Sequence record: PX880098.1
DNA from: a phage
Direction: 5' to 3' (one strand)
Length of the DNA stretch: 44,688 nt
The notes beneath the pieces are model-generated. The model saw only the letters and a program-made list of their open reading frames with translations, had not been told where the DNA came from and searched no databases. Below, piece by piece: positions 36,121 through 43,315 of this stretch. The position numbers and the translations under genes are program-made. The number at the start of each line of letters is the position of its first letter. The first letter of the stretch is position 1.

Positions 36121-36154
36121 TCACTTATAGTGACGAGACAGAGGAGTGATGGTC

Positions 36155-36916
36155 ATGAGCAAGCCGGTAATAGCGGTCTGGTTTTCGTGTGGTGCTGCCA
36201 GTGCGGTAGCTGCAAAAATAACTATCGAGAAATACAGTCATACTCATGATGTGCGTGTGCTTAACAACCCGGTGGCAGAGGAGGACGCTGACAACATACG
36301 TTTTCTTCATGATGTTGAAAATTGGATAGGTGTGAAAATTGAATCAGTAATTAACCCTATGTTCCCGAACGCCAGCGCTGTAGAGGTCTGGGACCATCAG
36401 CGTTATATGTCCGGCATTGCTGGAGCACCATGTACGAAGGCACTTAAGAAGCTCGCCAGAAAGCATTGGGAGCAATCAAATCGCTGTGACCATATCGTGC
36501 TTGGTTTTACTGCTGATGAGGCGCATCGCGCAGATAATTTCGTCAAAAACGAAAGGCGCAGTTTGATTCCAGTTCTGATTGAAGCCGGATACACAAAAGG
36601 AGACTGCTTTCGAATCCTTCTGGAGAACGGCATTCGACTTCCTCGTATTTATCACTTGGGTTACCCAAACGCGAACTGCATAGGATGTGTAAAAGCCACA
36701 TCTCCAACCTACTGGAATCTTGTCCGTCGCGTTCATCCTGAGGTATTTGTCCAACGTGCAGAGCAATCACGACGATTGGGTGTTCGTCTTGTTAGATATT
36801 CCGGAGAGCGCATCTATCTCGACGAGTTGCCGCCAGACGCAGTTGGCCGCCCAATAAAAAGTCTTGATTTTGAATGTGGGATTTTCTGTAAACCAGCAGA
36901 TGAGGATGAAGAATGA
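36155..36916 (+). CDS. PAPS reductase-like / PP-loop ATP pyrophosphatase superfamily protein with C-terminal Cys pairs
   Basis: N-terminal VWFSCGAAS at the position of a PP-loop SGGxDS; C-terminal CIGC and CGIFC; start ATG 36155 chosen 8 nt after GAGGAG. Confidence 0.5.
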   Translation: MSKPVIAVWFSCGAASAVAAKITIEKYSHTHDVRVLNNPVAEEDADNIRFLHDVENWIGVKIESVINPMFPNASAVEVWDHQRYMSGIAGAPCTKALKKLARKHWEQSNRCDHIVLGFTADEAHRADNFVKNERRSLIPVLIEAGYTKGDCFRILLENGIRLPRIYHLGYPNANCIGCVKATSPTYWNLVRRVHPEVFVQRAEQSRRLGVRLVRYSGERIYLDELPPDAVGRPIKSLDFECGIFCKPADEDEE

Positions 36917-37254
36917 AAACTGATATCACCGAACTGACTCAGAGAGAGCTTTATGCAAAAGTTGAGAAGCAAGCTCATTCCCTTCGAGGAAATCCATTTG
37001 AATATATGGTAATAACCGGGATGTGTCCTGTGAACGTTGTCGAATTACATGCTAAGAAAATACAATCCTTACTAACAGATCAAATTGGTTATAAAGAGGA
37101 GATTGCAGCACTCCGCCAGCGCATCGCTGAGCTGGAGTCACGCACCGTGACTTCCTATTGCGATACCGACAACCACCAGTTCGAAAGACTCAGCGACCAC
37201 AAACATCACTTCATCAACGGCACTTGCGTAGAGTGCCTGGCTAAAAGTGAATAA
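36913..37254 (+). CDS. hypothetical protein (113 aa) with C-terminal Cys/His cluster
   Basis: ATGA-coupled; coiled-coil middle; CDTDNHQF...HKHHFINGTCVEC suggests metal binding. Confidence 0.5.
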   Translation: MKTDITELTQRELYAKVEKQAHSLRGNPFEYMVITGMCPVNVVELHAKKIQSLLTDQIGYKEEIAALRQRIAELESRTVTSYCDTDNHQFERLSDHKHHFINGTCVECLAKSE

Positions 37255-37439
37255 CTACCTGTTCATATTAATTATAAGTGCGCTCTATGTGGCGCACGCT
37301 TTAGTGGAGACGCATCTATGACCAGACACCAACGACGTCGCTACACACTAACAAAGTTCAGTTTCAACACGGATTTTAAAGAACGAACGGCATCGAATCA
37401 TGATGCCCGTGCCTACGACTCTGAGGGAGGTTGCCGTTA

Positions 37440-37631
37440 ATGAAAATTCGTATAACTGATGTTGATTATGTGCTGCCGCCGGATTATGGCGACCATTCAC
37501 TGCGTTACTTTGGCATCTCCGTCGGGGATGATTTCGATGTTACGTCAAGTAATGATTTTGGCCACTTCGTCGAACACTGCGGTGAGGAACTGTACGTGCG
37601 TAACCGTGAATGTGAAGTTCTGGAGGACTAA
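37440..37631 (+). CDS. hypothetical protein (63 aa)
   Basis: ATG 37440 preceded by GAGGGAGG; listed ORF starts at upstream TTG. Confidence 0.5.
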   Translation: MKIRITDVDYVLPPDYGDHSLRYFGISVGDDFDVTSSNDFGHFVEHCGEELYVRNRECEVLED

Positions 37632-37634
37632 GTT

Positions 37635-37784
37635 ATGAGAGAAGCATTCGAACGGTGGGCCGTAGTCGAGGGTCTGCCGGTTAACAAGGGTTCGAAGAAA
37701 GAGTACCTGAACGTTAAGACGCGTCTCGCGTGGCGGGCGTGGAAAGCTGGTGCGCAATTTCGTGCTGGTGTAACAGGTCAATAG
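37635..37784 (+). CDS. small basic protein (49 aa), absent from ORF track
   Basis: SD GGAGGA before ATG 37635; 49 uninterrupted codons; followed by terminator. Confidence 0.5.
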   Translation: MREAFERWAVVEGLPVNKGSKKEYLNVKTRLAWRAWKAGAQFRAGVTGQ

Positions 37785-37807
37785 GTTACTATTTTGCTTT
37801 GTGTCTT

Positions 37808-37837
37808 ACGCTGCTACACAGCAGCGTATCATTTTTC
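37808..37837 (+). terminator. rho-independent terminator
   Basis: ACGCTGCT-ACAC-AGCAGCGT followed by ATCATTTTTC. Confidence 0.65.
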
Positions 37838-37921
37838 TCATTTTTGTTCTATTTCACCAAACGCAACAATCGAAGCGACTATTGCAGGAGATGCAACAAT
37901 ACAGGCACCAATAAAATTTAC

Positions 37922-37950
37922 TTGCACGCTAAGATAGAATAGGCTACTAT
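37922..37950 (+). promoter_or_regulatory. sigma70-like promoter, family B (TTGCAC-N17-TACTAT)
   Basis: TTGCACgctaagatagaataggcTACTATTCAT; contains ATAG-N4-CTAT; followed by conserved leader. Confidence 0.6.
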
Positions 37951-37981
37951 TCATTTACACAAACGAGAGGAGAGACAGAAG

Positions 37982-38131
37982 ATGGTTACTTTGATGGTTA
38001 TGGAATTCGAAAACAGCGTAGCAACTTACCGCGAGATGACTATGGCGCAGGCGTATCACCTGGCCTCAAACGGCAACTTCTACAAGGCGCAAATCATCAA
38101 TGAGTTCGGGGTAATTGACTATGAATTTTAG
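37982..38131 (+). CDS. small protein (49 aa), absent from ORF track
   Basis: ATG preceded by the conserved 21-nt leader AAACGAGAGGAGAGACAGAAG; 49 uninterrupted codons. Confidence 0.5.
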   Translation: MVTLMVMEFENSVATYREMTMAQAYHLASNGNFYKAQIINEFGVIDYEF

Positions 38132-38393
38132 CAGCTACACCGTGACCGTTGATTTTGAGGGGCTGGAGTTGCCCCTCCCAAACAACTATCGGTATATAAC
38201 CCGTGACCGTTTCGGTTTTATTCAGGGGTGGCGGGACAAACCAACAGACACTGAGTTCGGGATGTCAGGCGGAGAAGAGTTGCCGATTACTTTCGGGCAT
38301 CAGAGTAGTAATGAAGAACTTAAAACTGTGATTCGTAAGTACCGCCGCCGCGGTAACACCGGGCTTATAGCTATAACCGGCGTTGTTGAGTAA
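38121..38393 (+). CDS. hypothetical protein (90 aa)
   Basis: ATG 38121 overlapping upstream stop; listed ORF begins at TTG 38115. Confidence 0.5.
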   Translation: MNFSSYTVTVDFEGLELPLPNNYRYITRDRFGFIQGWRDKPTDTEFGMSGGEELPITFGHQSSNEELKTVIRKYRRRGNTGLIAITGVVE

Positions 38394-38412
38394 ACGAGAG
38401 GAGAGACAGAAG

Positions 38413-39111
38413 ATGAGTAACAAAAACGAAGTATTCGAGTACCTGATTGACCAGTTACGGCAGCACGTAAATAGCCACCCATACAAGCAACAGTGCGAAG
38501 ACCTGGCGCATGAGGTGCAGTCACTCAAGAATCAGTTACGTGATGCGTCGGCGCTGGTGGCGGAGTTGCAGGAAGACAACATTAAGAAATCCGACCATAT
38601 ATCACATCTGACCGGGCAATTGTCCGCGTATCGCAATGATGCGTTGCGCTTTCAAGCGCAAGTCGGGGACCTGGTAAAACGACTGGCTAAGGCCACTGGT
38701 GACGAGTCTGTGCAGATTAAGGAGTTGACGCTCGCGCTAGATAGTTTAGATAACGAGGTTATGTGTCTTCGTTCAATCGTTTACCTGGACCCTAAAGGCG
38801 CGATTGGGTACATCCGGCGGGCAAATAGTGCAATGACTGACACCCTGCGCCGCCAATACCTTAGCAAAGCACTTGAGGAACTCGGATGTAAGGATGCGCC
38901 AGAACAATCCGGTTGCCGAAAGGAAGACGTGCAGGAATGTGCGCACGATTGGGTGCTAGATGAAAAAGGGGACTACTTCATTTGCGCTAAATGCGGTAAG
39001 CAAGAATCGGAATTGAGCGATTGCCAACACGCTAATACCGTCGGTTTGCGCAAAGGCTTTGCGCCGGGTTTTACTAAAAAGTGTCTTGATTGCGGGGCTA
39101 AACTGAAATGA
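38413..39111 (+). CDS. hypothetical protein with N-terminal coiled coil and C-terminal zinc-ribbon-like Cys pairs
   Basis: Preceded by identical 21-nt leader; Cys pairs CAKCGK and CLDCGAK near the C-terminus; 232 aa from ATG 38413. Confidence 0.55.
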   Translation: MSNKNEVFEYLIDQLRQHVNSHPYKQQCEDLAHEVQSLKNQLRDASALVAELQEDNIKKSDHISHLTGQLSAYRNDALRFQAQVGDLVKRLAKATGDESVQIKELTLALDSLDNEVMCLRSIVYLDPKGAIGYIRRANSAMTDTLRRQYLSKALEELGCKDAPEQSGCRKEDVQECAHDWVLDEKGDYFICAKCGKQESELSDCQHANTVGLRKGFAPGFTKKCLDCGAKLK

Positions 39112-39311
39112 CCAGCATCTTATTTATCTGGGTACTGTCCGCAGGCCAGATGCACCTGGCGGCATCAGAAACGTTTTACTCGATGGAGGCGTGCCAGTCA
39201 GCGGCACGCGCCGCAGAGAACGCGCACTTCCTGTTTCAGGGCGACAAGCCCAACGATTCAGAGGTACGCGCTATCTGCTCACCTAAGCGACTTGGTAAAC
39301 AGGAGAAATAA
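39108..39311 (+). CDS. hypothetical protein (67 aa) with N-terminal hydrophobic segment
   Basis: ATGA-coupled; N-terminus MTSILFIWVLSAGQMHLAAS resembles a signal peptide or TM. Confidence 0.45.
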   Translation: MTSILFIWVLSAGQMHLAASETFYSMEACQSAARAAENAHFLFQGDKPNDSEVRAICSPKRLGKQEK

Positions 39312-39312
39312 C

Positions 39313-39498
39313 ATGGTACAGAGATACGATGTATGGTGCATAGAAGATATTTTTAAGAATAGCCACGACGGTAGCTACGTTAAGTACGAAGATTACGCGA
39401 AACTTGAAGCTGAGTTACAGAAATACAAAGACCAGTACCCTGATTACGTCGAGTGCGCGAACTGTGGGTCAGTTACACATGTGGAAGGGGTGGAGTGA
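39313..39498 (+). CDS. small protein, paralog 1 (61 aa)
   Basis: SD AGGAGA before ATG 39313; N-terminus MVQRYDVW and YEDYAKLEAELQKY shared with the next gene. Confidence 0.5.
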   Translation: MVQRYDVWCIEDIFKNSHDGSYVKYEDYAKLEAELQKYKDQYPDYVECANCGSVTHVEGVE

Positions 39499-39677
39499 TG
39501 GTGCATAGATACGAAAACGACCACGGCGATATGTTTCAGGCCGCGGGAGGGCGCTGGGTCCTATACGAAGACTACGCGGAGCTGGCGCGTAAACTGCGCG
39601 AGCTTGCTAAGCAGGTAGTAAACAGTCCGTGCGACTGGAAGACGGATGAATTAGCGCGCGAGATTCTGGACCTATGA
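39498..39677 (+). CDS. small protein, paralog 2 (59 aa)
   Basis: TGATG-coupled; N-terminus MVHRYENDH and YEDYAELARKLREL parallel the upstream gene. Confidence 0.5.
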   Translation: MVHRYENDHGDMFQAAGGRWVLYEDYAELARKLRELAKQVVNSPCDWKTDELAREILDL

Positions 39678-39967
39678 GCCTTGCAACTGACATCCTGAAA
39701 CGGAGCGGCCTTGCGCCGCTGTCGCCGAGAGCGAACACACGAATATACAAGCGCCGCCGTAATGCGCTGTACCCTGAGATTCAGGCCAGACGCAAAGCAG
39801 TCCGCGCCTGCGGATTCCAGAACGGGAAGGCTGTGAATCTCGGTGAGTTTAAAACAAAGGAACGTGCGGCTATCGCTAATCGGTTATTTAATTACTGGAA
39901 ATCGCTGGGTTATGAAGATATTCCGACGAAACCACAGAGACGACAATACATCTGGCGTCATAAATAA
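39674..39967 (+). CDS. hypothetical basic protein (97 aa)
   Basis: ATGA-coupled ORF; last gene before the lysis cassette. Confidence 0.5.
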   Translation: MSLATDILKRSGLAPLSPRANTRIYKRRRNALYPEIQARRKAVRACGFQNGKAVNLGEFKTKERAAIANRLFNYWKSLGYEDIPTKPQRRQYIWRHK

Positions 39968-39997
39968 ACCGTTATTAAGATAATTCCTAACCGTGCT

Positions 39998-40037
39998 ATC
40001 CTCCAGTTACTGCATACTTAATACGCACCTGGAGGAT
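39998..40037 (+). promoter_or_regulatory. hairpin able to sequester the holin Shine-Dalgarno
   Basis: ATCCTCCAG (39998-40006) pairs with CTGGAGGAT (40029-40037), which includes the GGAGGA SD of the TTG-initiated holin gene. Confidence 0.45.
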
Positions 40038-40042
40038 TCATC

Positions 40043-40351
40043 TTGGATAAATTTACTGAAACAGTGACTGGGTGGCTTCTGGCAGCCGCACTAGCTGGTG
40101 GGGTAATCGGACTACGACAACATAAGTCTGTTATTTCTGGCCCCATCGACGGATTCTGCTTTATCGCAACCGGCTTCACTTGCGCTGTATTCGGCGCGCC
40201 TCTTGCCGCTCAATGGTTCGGTATTACCGGCGAGCGCGAGATAGCTGGCCTCGGATTCATCATCGCTATTCTCTGGATGCCCATCTATTCCCGTCTCTCC
40301 GGTATCGTCTCTGGAGAATACATCGCTCGTCGAGGAGGCACAGATGAATGA
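40043..40351 (+). CDS. holin (putative, multi-TM)
   Basis: 102-aa protein with several hydrophobic helices; TTG start 6 nt after GGAGGA; immediately upstream of endolysin. Confidence 0.55.
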   Translation: MDKFTETVTGWLLAAALAGGVIGLRQHKSVISGPIDGFCFIATGFTCAVFGAPLAAQWFGITGEREIAGLGFIIAILWMPIYSRLSGIVSGEYIARRGGTDE

Positions 40352-40616
40352 GTTATTCTGGTTCGGTGGTATGCTGGCAATCGGGGGCACATCGCTGTTT
40401 AATGTGTATCATCCCAGCGTTGACGACGGGCTATTTGGTCGGGTGCTCTATATCCTGACCGCTATCGTCTGCGCCGCCGGATGTATCCACCTGTTACAGG
40501 GCAGCATGTCGCCGACGCTGCCTGAGACGTTAATCACATTAGTTGCGCTGCGCCAGATTCGTCAGGCGTGGCTGTCATACGGAGGGTATAAGCGTGTCTC
40601 GAAATATTTCAGATAA
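40344..40616 (+). CDS. second small membrane protein of lysis cassette (holin or antiholin-like)
   Basis: 90 aa, two predicted TM helices; overlaps both holin and endolysin genes. Confidence 0.45.
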   Translation: MNELFWFGGMLAIGGTSLFNVYHPSVDDGLFGRVLYILTAIVCAAGCIHLLQGSMSPTLPETLITLVALRQIRQAWLSYGGYKRVSKYFR

Positions 40617-41082
40617 TGGATTGCAGTTCAAGAAAGCGTGGGAAAAGTTTCGCGGAACTGCATACAAAGCAACGCCGAACGAGAAATACTGGACTATAGG
40701 CTGGGGCCATACCGGGCCTGATGTGTACGAAGGGCAGAAGATTACAGAAGGCCAGGGGTTGCTGTTACTGAACCGCGATATGCAGTGGGCTGTGAAAGCA
40801 GTCGATGACGTCGCACACCCCTCCCTGACCCAGGCCCAGTTTGATGCTGTTGTTGACCTGGTGTTCAACGCAGGGACTGGCGTGATCGCGGCTACTACTG
40901 GCACGGGTAAGGCCCTGCGCTCCGGTGATGTTGCGACGCTGCGGGCTAAGCTGGCGCTGTTCATCAATCAGAACGGCAAACCGTTACTCGGCCTGCGTCG
41001 CCGTACCGCCGGTCGTCTGGCGCTGTTCGACGGTAAACCGTGGCAGGAGGCTGAGGCTATTGGGCGCGCGGTGAAAGGTTGA
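40594..41082 (+). CDS. endolysin, T4 lysozyme-like (GH24)
   Basis: KATPNEKYWTIGWGHT matches the T4-lysozyme-type YxxIGxGH catalytic region; GTG start 8 nt after GGAGG; listed ORF has longer N-terminal extension. Confidence 0.7.
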   Translation: MSRNISDNGLQFKKAWEKFRGTAYKATPNEKYWTIGWGHTGPDVYEGQKITEGQGLLLLNRDMQWAVKAVDDVAHPSLTQAQFDAVVDLVFNAGTGVIAATTGTGKALRSGDVATLRAKLALFINQNGKPLLGLRRRTAGRLALFDGKPWQEAEAIGRAVKG

Positions 41083-41147
41083 CACCTAAGACTAATCCGA
41101 CGATACTTAAATCACCTCCTGTTCCATCCCTCTACTCTCCAGTTTTA

Positions 41148-41178
41148 TCCCGGCCCTGACCCAGCCGGGATTTTTTTA
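41148..41178 (+). terminator. rho-independent terminator after lysis cassette
   Basis: TCCCGGC-CCTGACCCA-GCCGGGA followed by TTTTTTT. Confidence 0.75.
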
Positions 41179-41261
41179 TCTATTTTCTGCAATGACTAGT
41201 GGACTATTATTCTCGACCCTATTATACTTACTCCATCGACAGCGAGAACGGAGTAGAGAAT

Positions 41262-41411
41262 ATGAAAATCACAGATATCGAAGCATTCAAAGATGCACAA
41301 CTGATGGCACGCATTGCCGTTAGTAACCTAAGCAACAATATTCCGGCGGACGCTTTCTGGTCCGCGGCGATGCAGACACTGAAAGCAGCTTATGCAGGTG
41401 ATAAGAAATGA
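41262..41411 (+). CDS. small protein (49 aa)
   Basis: ATG 41262 after GGAGTAGAG; listed ORF starts further upstream at a non-ATG codon. Confidence 0.45.
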   Translation: MKITDIEAFKDAQLMARIAVSNLSNNIPADAFWSAAMQTLKAAYAGDKK

Positions 41412-41566
41412 GCGAACAAGGTCCAGCAAGCCAGCCATTACGAGTAGGCCGTAAAGTCAGTCACACCCCGTTCCCGACACGCGAGGAACTGATGAAACGT
41501 AACAGTTTCCCGGGGCCGGACAAGAACAAGTATCTCAATCGCATGTGGGGAGAGCGTAAAGAATGA
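41408..41566 (+). CDS. small protein (52 aa), absent from ORF track
   Basis: ATGA-coupled at both ends; 52 uninterrupted codons. Confidence 0.45.
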   Translation: MSEQGPASQPLRVGRKVSHTPFPTREELMKRNSFPGPDKNKYLNRMWGERKE

Positions 41567-41799
41567 CTGACCGTGAATACGAAAAGATGATGGTAGAGGC
41601 TGTTAACGGCGGCGTAGACATCGGTCACGTGATGCACGTCCTGAATACTAAAATAGCGGTAGCCGAGCAAATGGTAGAGTCGCTTTACGAGACACGCCGT
41701 GAACTTATTAACCGCTTCAACCTGAACAAGGGGCGAGCTATTTCTGACGATTTCGATGGGGATTACCGAAATGGCGATTTTTATGAGGGAGCCGAATAA
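41563..41799 (+). CDS. hypothetical protein (78 aa)
   Basis: ATGA-coupled ORF. Confidence 0.5.
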   Translation: MTDREYEKMMVEAVNGGVDIGHVMHVLNTKIAVAEQMVESLYETRRELINRFNLNKGRAISDDFDGDYRNGDFYEGAE

Positions 41800-42077
41800 T
41801 GCCTAAAATCACAATCGCATCACTCGAACACCGTATTATGGTGCTTGAGTCAGAGAAACAGACGTTAGGCGGGCAACTGTCGATTAACGGTGAGTTTCAA
41901 CTGGAGGCGTTTAAGTTGTTACTCGCACTCACGGCGGACATAGAAAATATGCTCAGCTTGCTGGAGTCAGGAGAGTGGTCAGAGCATTGCACTAAATCAG
42001 AGTCAGGCCAACGGCTTGAGTCGGAGATTACTAACATGCTTAGTGGTCTTGGGTGGTCGCCAGATGAAAGCGCCTGA
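41799..42077 (+). CDS. hypothetical protein (92 aa)
   Basis: TAATG-coupled ORF. Confidence 0.5.
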   Translation: MPKITIASLEHRIMVLESEKQTLGGQLSINGEFQLEAFKLLLALTADIENMLSLLESGEWSEHCTKSESGQRLESEITNMLSGLGWSPDESA

Positions 42078-42246
42078 ACCAGTAGTTATTGATGGCGTCC
42101 TGTGGAAACCTTACTCGGTTAACCACATCGACGCCGACGGGAAGAAGTTCAGCTTCTACATTTTTGCAATTAGCCGTGAGCACGCCGCTTGTGTGGTAAA
42201 CGACATACGAGAAACGGCGTGGCTCGGTGATGAGATAGTGGGGTGA
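42064..42246 (+). CDS. hypothetical protein (60 aa)
   Basis: ATG 42064 chosen; weak SD, alternative TTG start at 42016. Confidence 0.4.
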   Translation: MKAPEPVVIDGVLWKPYSVNHIDADGKKFSFYIFAISREHAACVVNDIRETAWLGDEIVG

Positions 42247-42248
42247 GT

Positions 42249-42509
42249 ATGGAACAGATTGAGCAACTCAAGAAGAACAACAAAGACCTTAAAAAAGCAT
42301 TGGATAAGATTAACGGCAAATATTCAAAAGCGACTCAGGAGCTGACCGCTGCGAAACTGGAGATTGAACACTTAACGCGTGTTCGCGACATTCTGGAGAA
42401 CGCCGAAACTTTGCGCAGCCAGCGGGCTCGGATTAATACGACAGTATCAATTCTGATTGGCGTCGCGGTTGGGATGTTAGTTATGTGGGGTGTTGGGTAT
42501 GGGTCTTGA
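42249..42509 (+). CDS. coiled-coil protein with C-terminal TM segment (86 aa)
   Basis: SD GGTGAG before ATG; C-terminal ILIGVAVGMLVMWGVGYG hydrophobic segment. Confidence 0.5.
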   Translation: MEQIEQLKKNNKDLKKALDKINGKYSKATQELTAAKLEIEHLTRVRDILENAETLRSQRARINTTVSILIGVAVGMLVMWGVGYGS

Positions 42510-42581
42510 GACGGTTACTGTCCTTGTAACGGCAAGCTATTTTATCGGCGTATTGGTTGGATTTCTGTGGGGTCGTAGATA

Positions 42582-42863
42582 ATGGCACGTACTGTTTCCG
42601 CGAGATTCACTGATATTGAATCCGCTATAGAAGAAGCCGTTTATTGTAGATTTTGCAACCCCTCCGCAGTACATAACTACGGAGTTATTGTTAAATACGG
42701 CAAGTTTGAGGTTAGAAGGGTGCGCGCCGACCGTCCGTACGAGTTTTTATGGACAACAGAAAGCCTCATCCCGCGGTGCCACATTTACACAAGCGGTGCA
42801 CATACGATTTTTGTAGACCTTAACAAGAAAGATATTACCGTCACTAAAGGAGAGACAAATTGA
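42582..42863 (+). CDS. hypothetical protein (93 aa)
   Basis: ORF with ATG 42582. Confidence 0.5.
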   Translation: MARTVSARFTDIESAIEEAVYCRFCNPSAVHNYGVIVKYGKFEVRRVRADRPYEFLWTTESLIPRCHIYTSGAHTIFVDLNKKDITVTKGETN

Positions 42864-43096
42864 TTACCAGCATCCCTAAACTGATTGAAGAGTACGGAAA
42901 TATGTCGGAGACTTGCCGACAAACCGGTATCTGCGAGATGACGATTGCCAAGTACAGCAAAGACGTGAACTGCGAGCGCCACGTAATTTATAACAACCGT
43001 CTGATGACGCACGTTAAGACAAGCCCGGTGTTATTCACGCGCCGGGGTATCACTAAAACTGAGCAACGTATCGCACGAGGTGAGAGCGGGGAATGA
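42860..43096 (+). CDS. hypothetical protein (78 aa), possible HTH
   Basis: TTG start 6 nt after AAGGAGAGACA leader; ETCRQTGICEMTIAKY could form an HTH. Confidence 0.45.
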   Translation: MITSIPKLIEEYGNMSETCRQTGICEMTIAKYSKDVNCERHVIYNNRLMTHVKTSPVLFTRRGITKTEQRIARGESGE

Positions 43097-43197
43097 GACT
43101 ATTAATCATCCCTAACGCCTGGGCTATTGCCGTAGCCAACGACCACTACGGCGGAGATGGTAAAAGAGCACCACGACACGGCCTATACAACTGATGC

Positions 43198-43223
43198 AAG
43201 CCCTCTACGGAGGGCTTTTCTGT
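43198..43223 (+). terminator. rho-independent terminator
   Basis: AAGCCCTC-TACG-GAGGGCTT followed by TTCTGT. Confidence 0.6.
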
Positions 43224-43315
43224 ACATCCCGCCCAATCCCCTTATATAATCCCTTTAGACGCGTAGGGCGCGTCTGGTGCGCTCTGATGGTCAGACGCAT
43301 ATGCAAGGGGATTCT

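Noticed and set aside
37730-37942. 70-aa plus-strand ORF between small-gene clusters
   Set aside because: Runs through a strong terminator hairpin (37808-37837) and ends inside promoter 37922-37950; better explained as intergenic.
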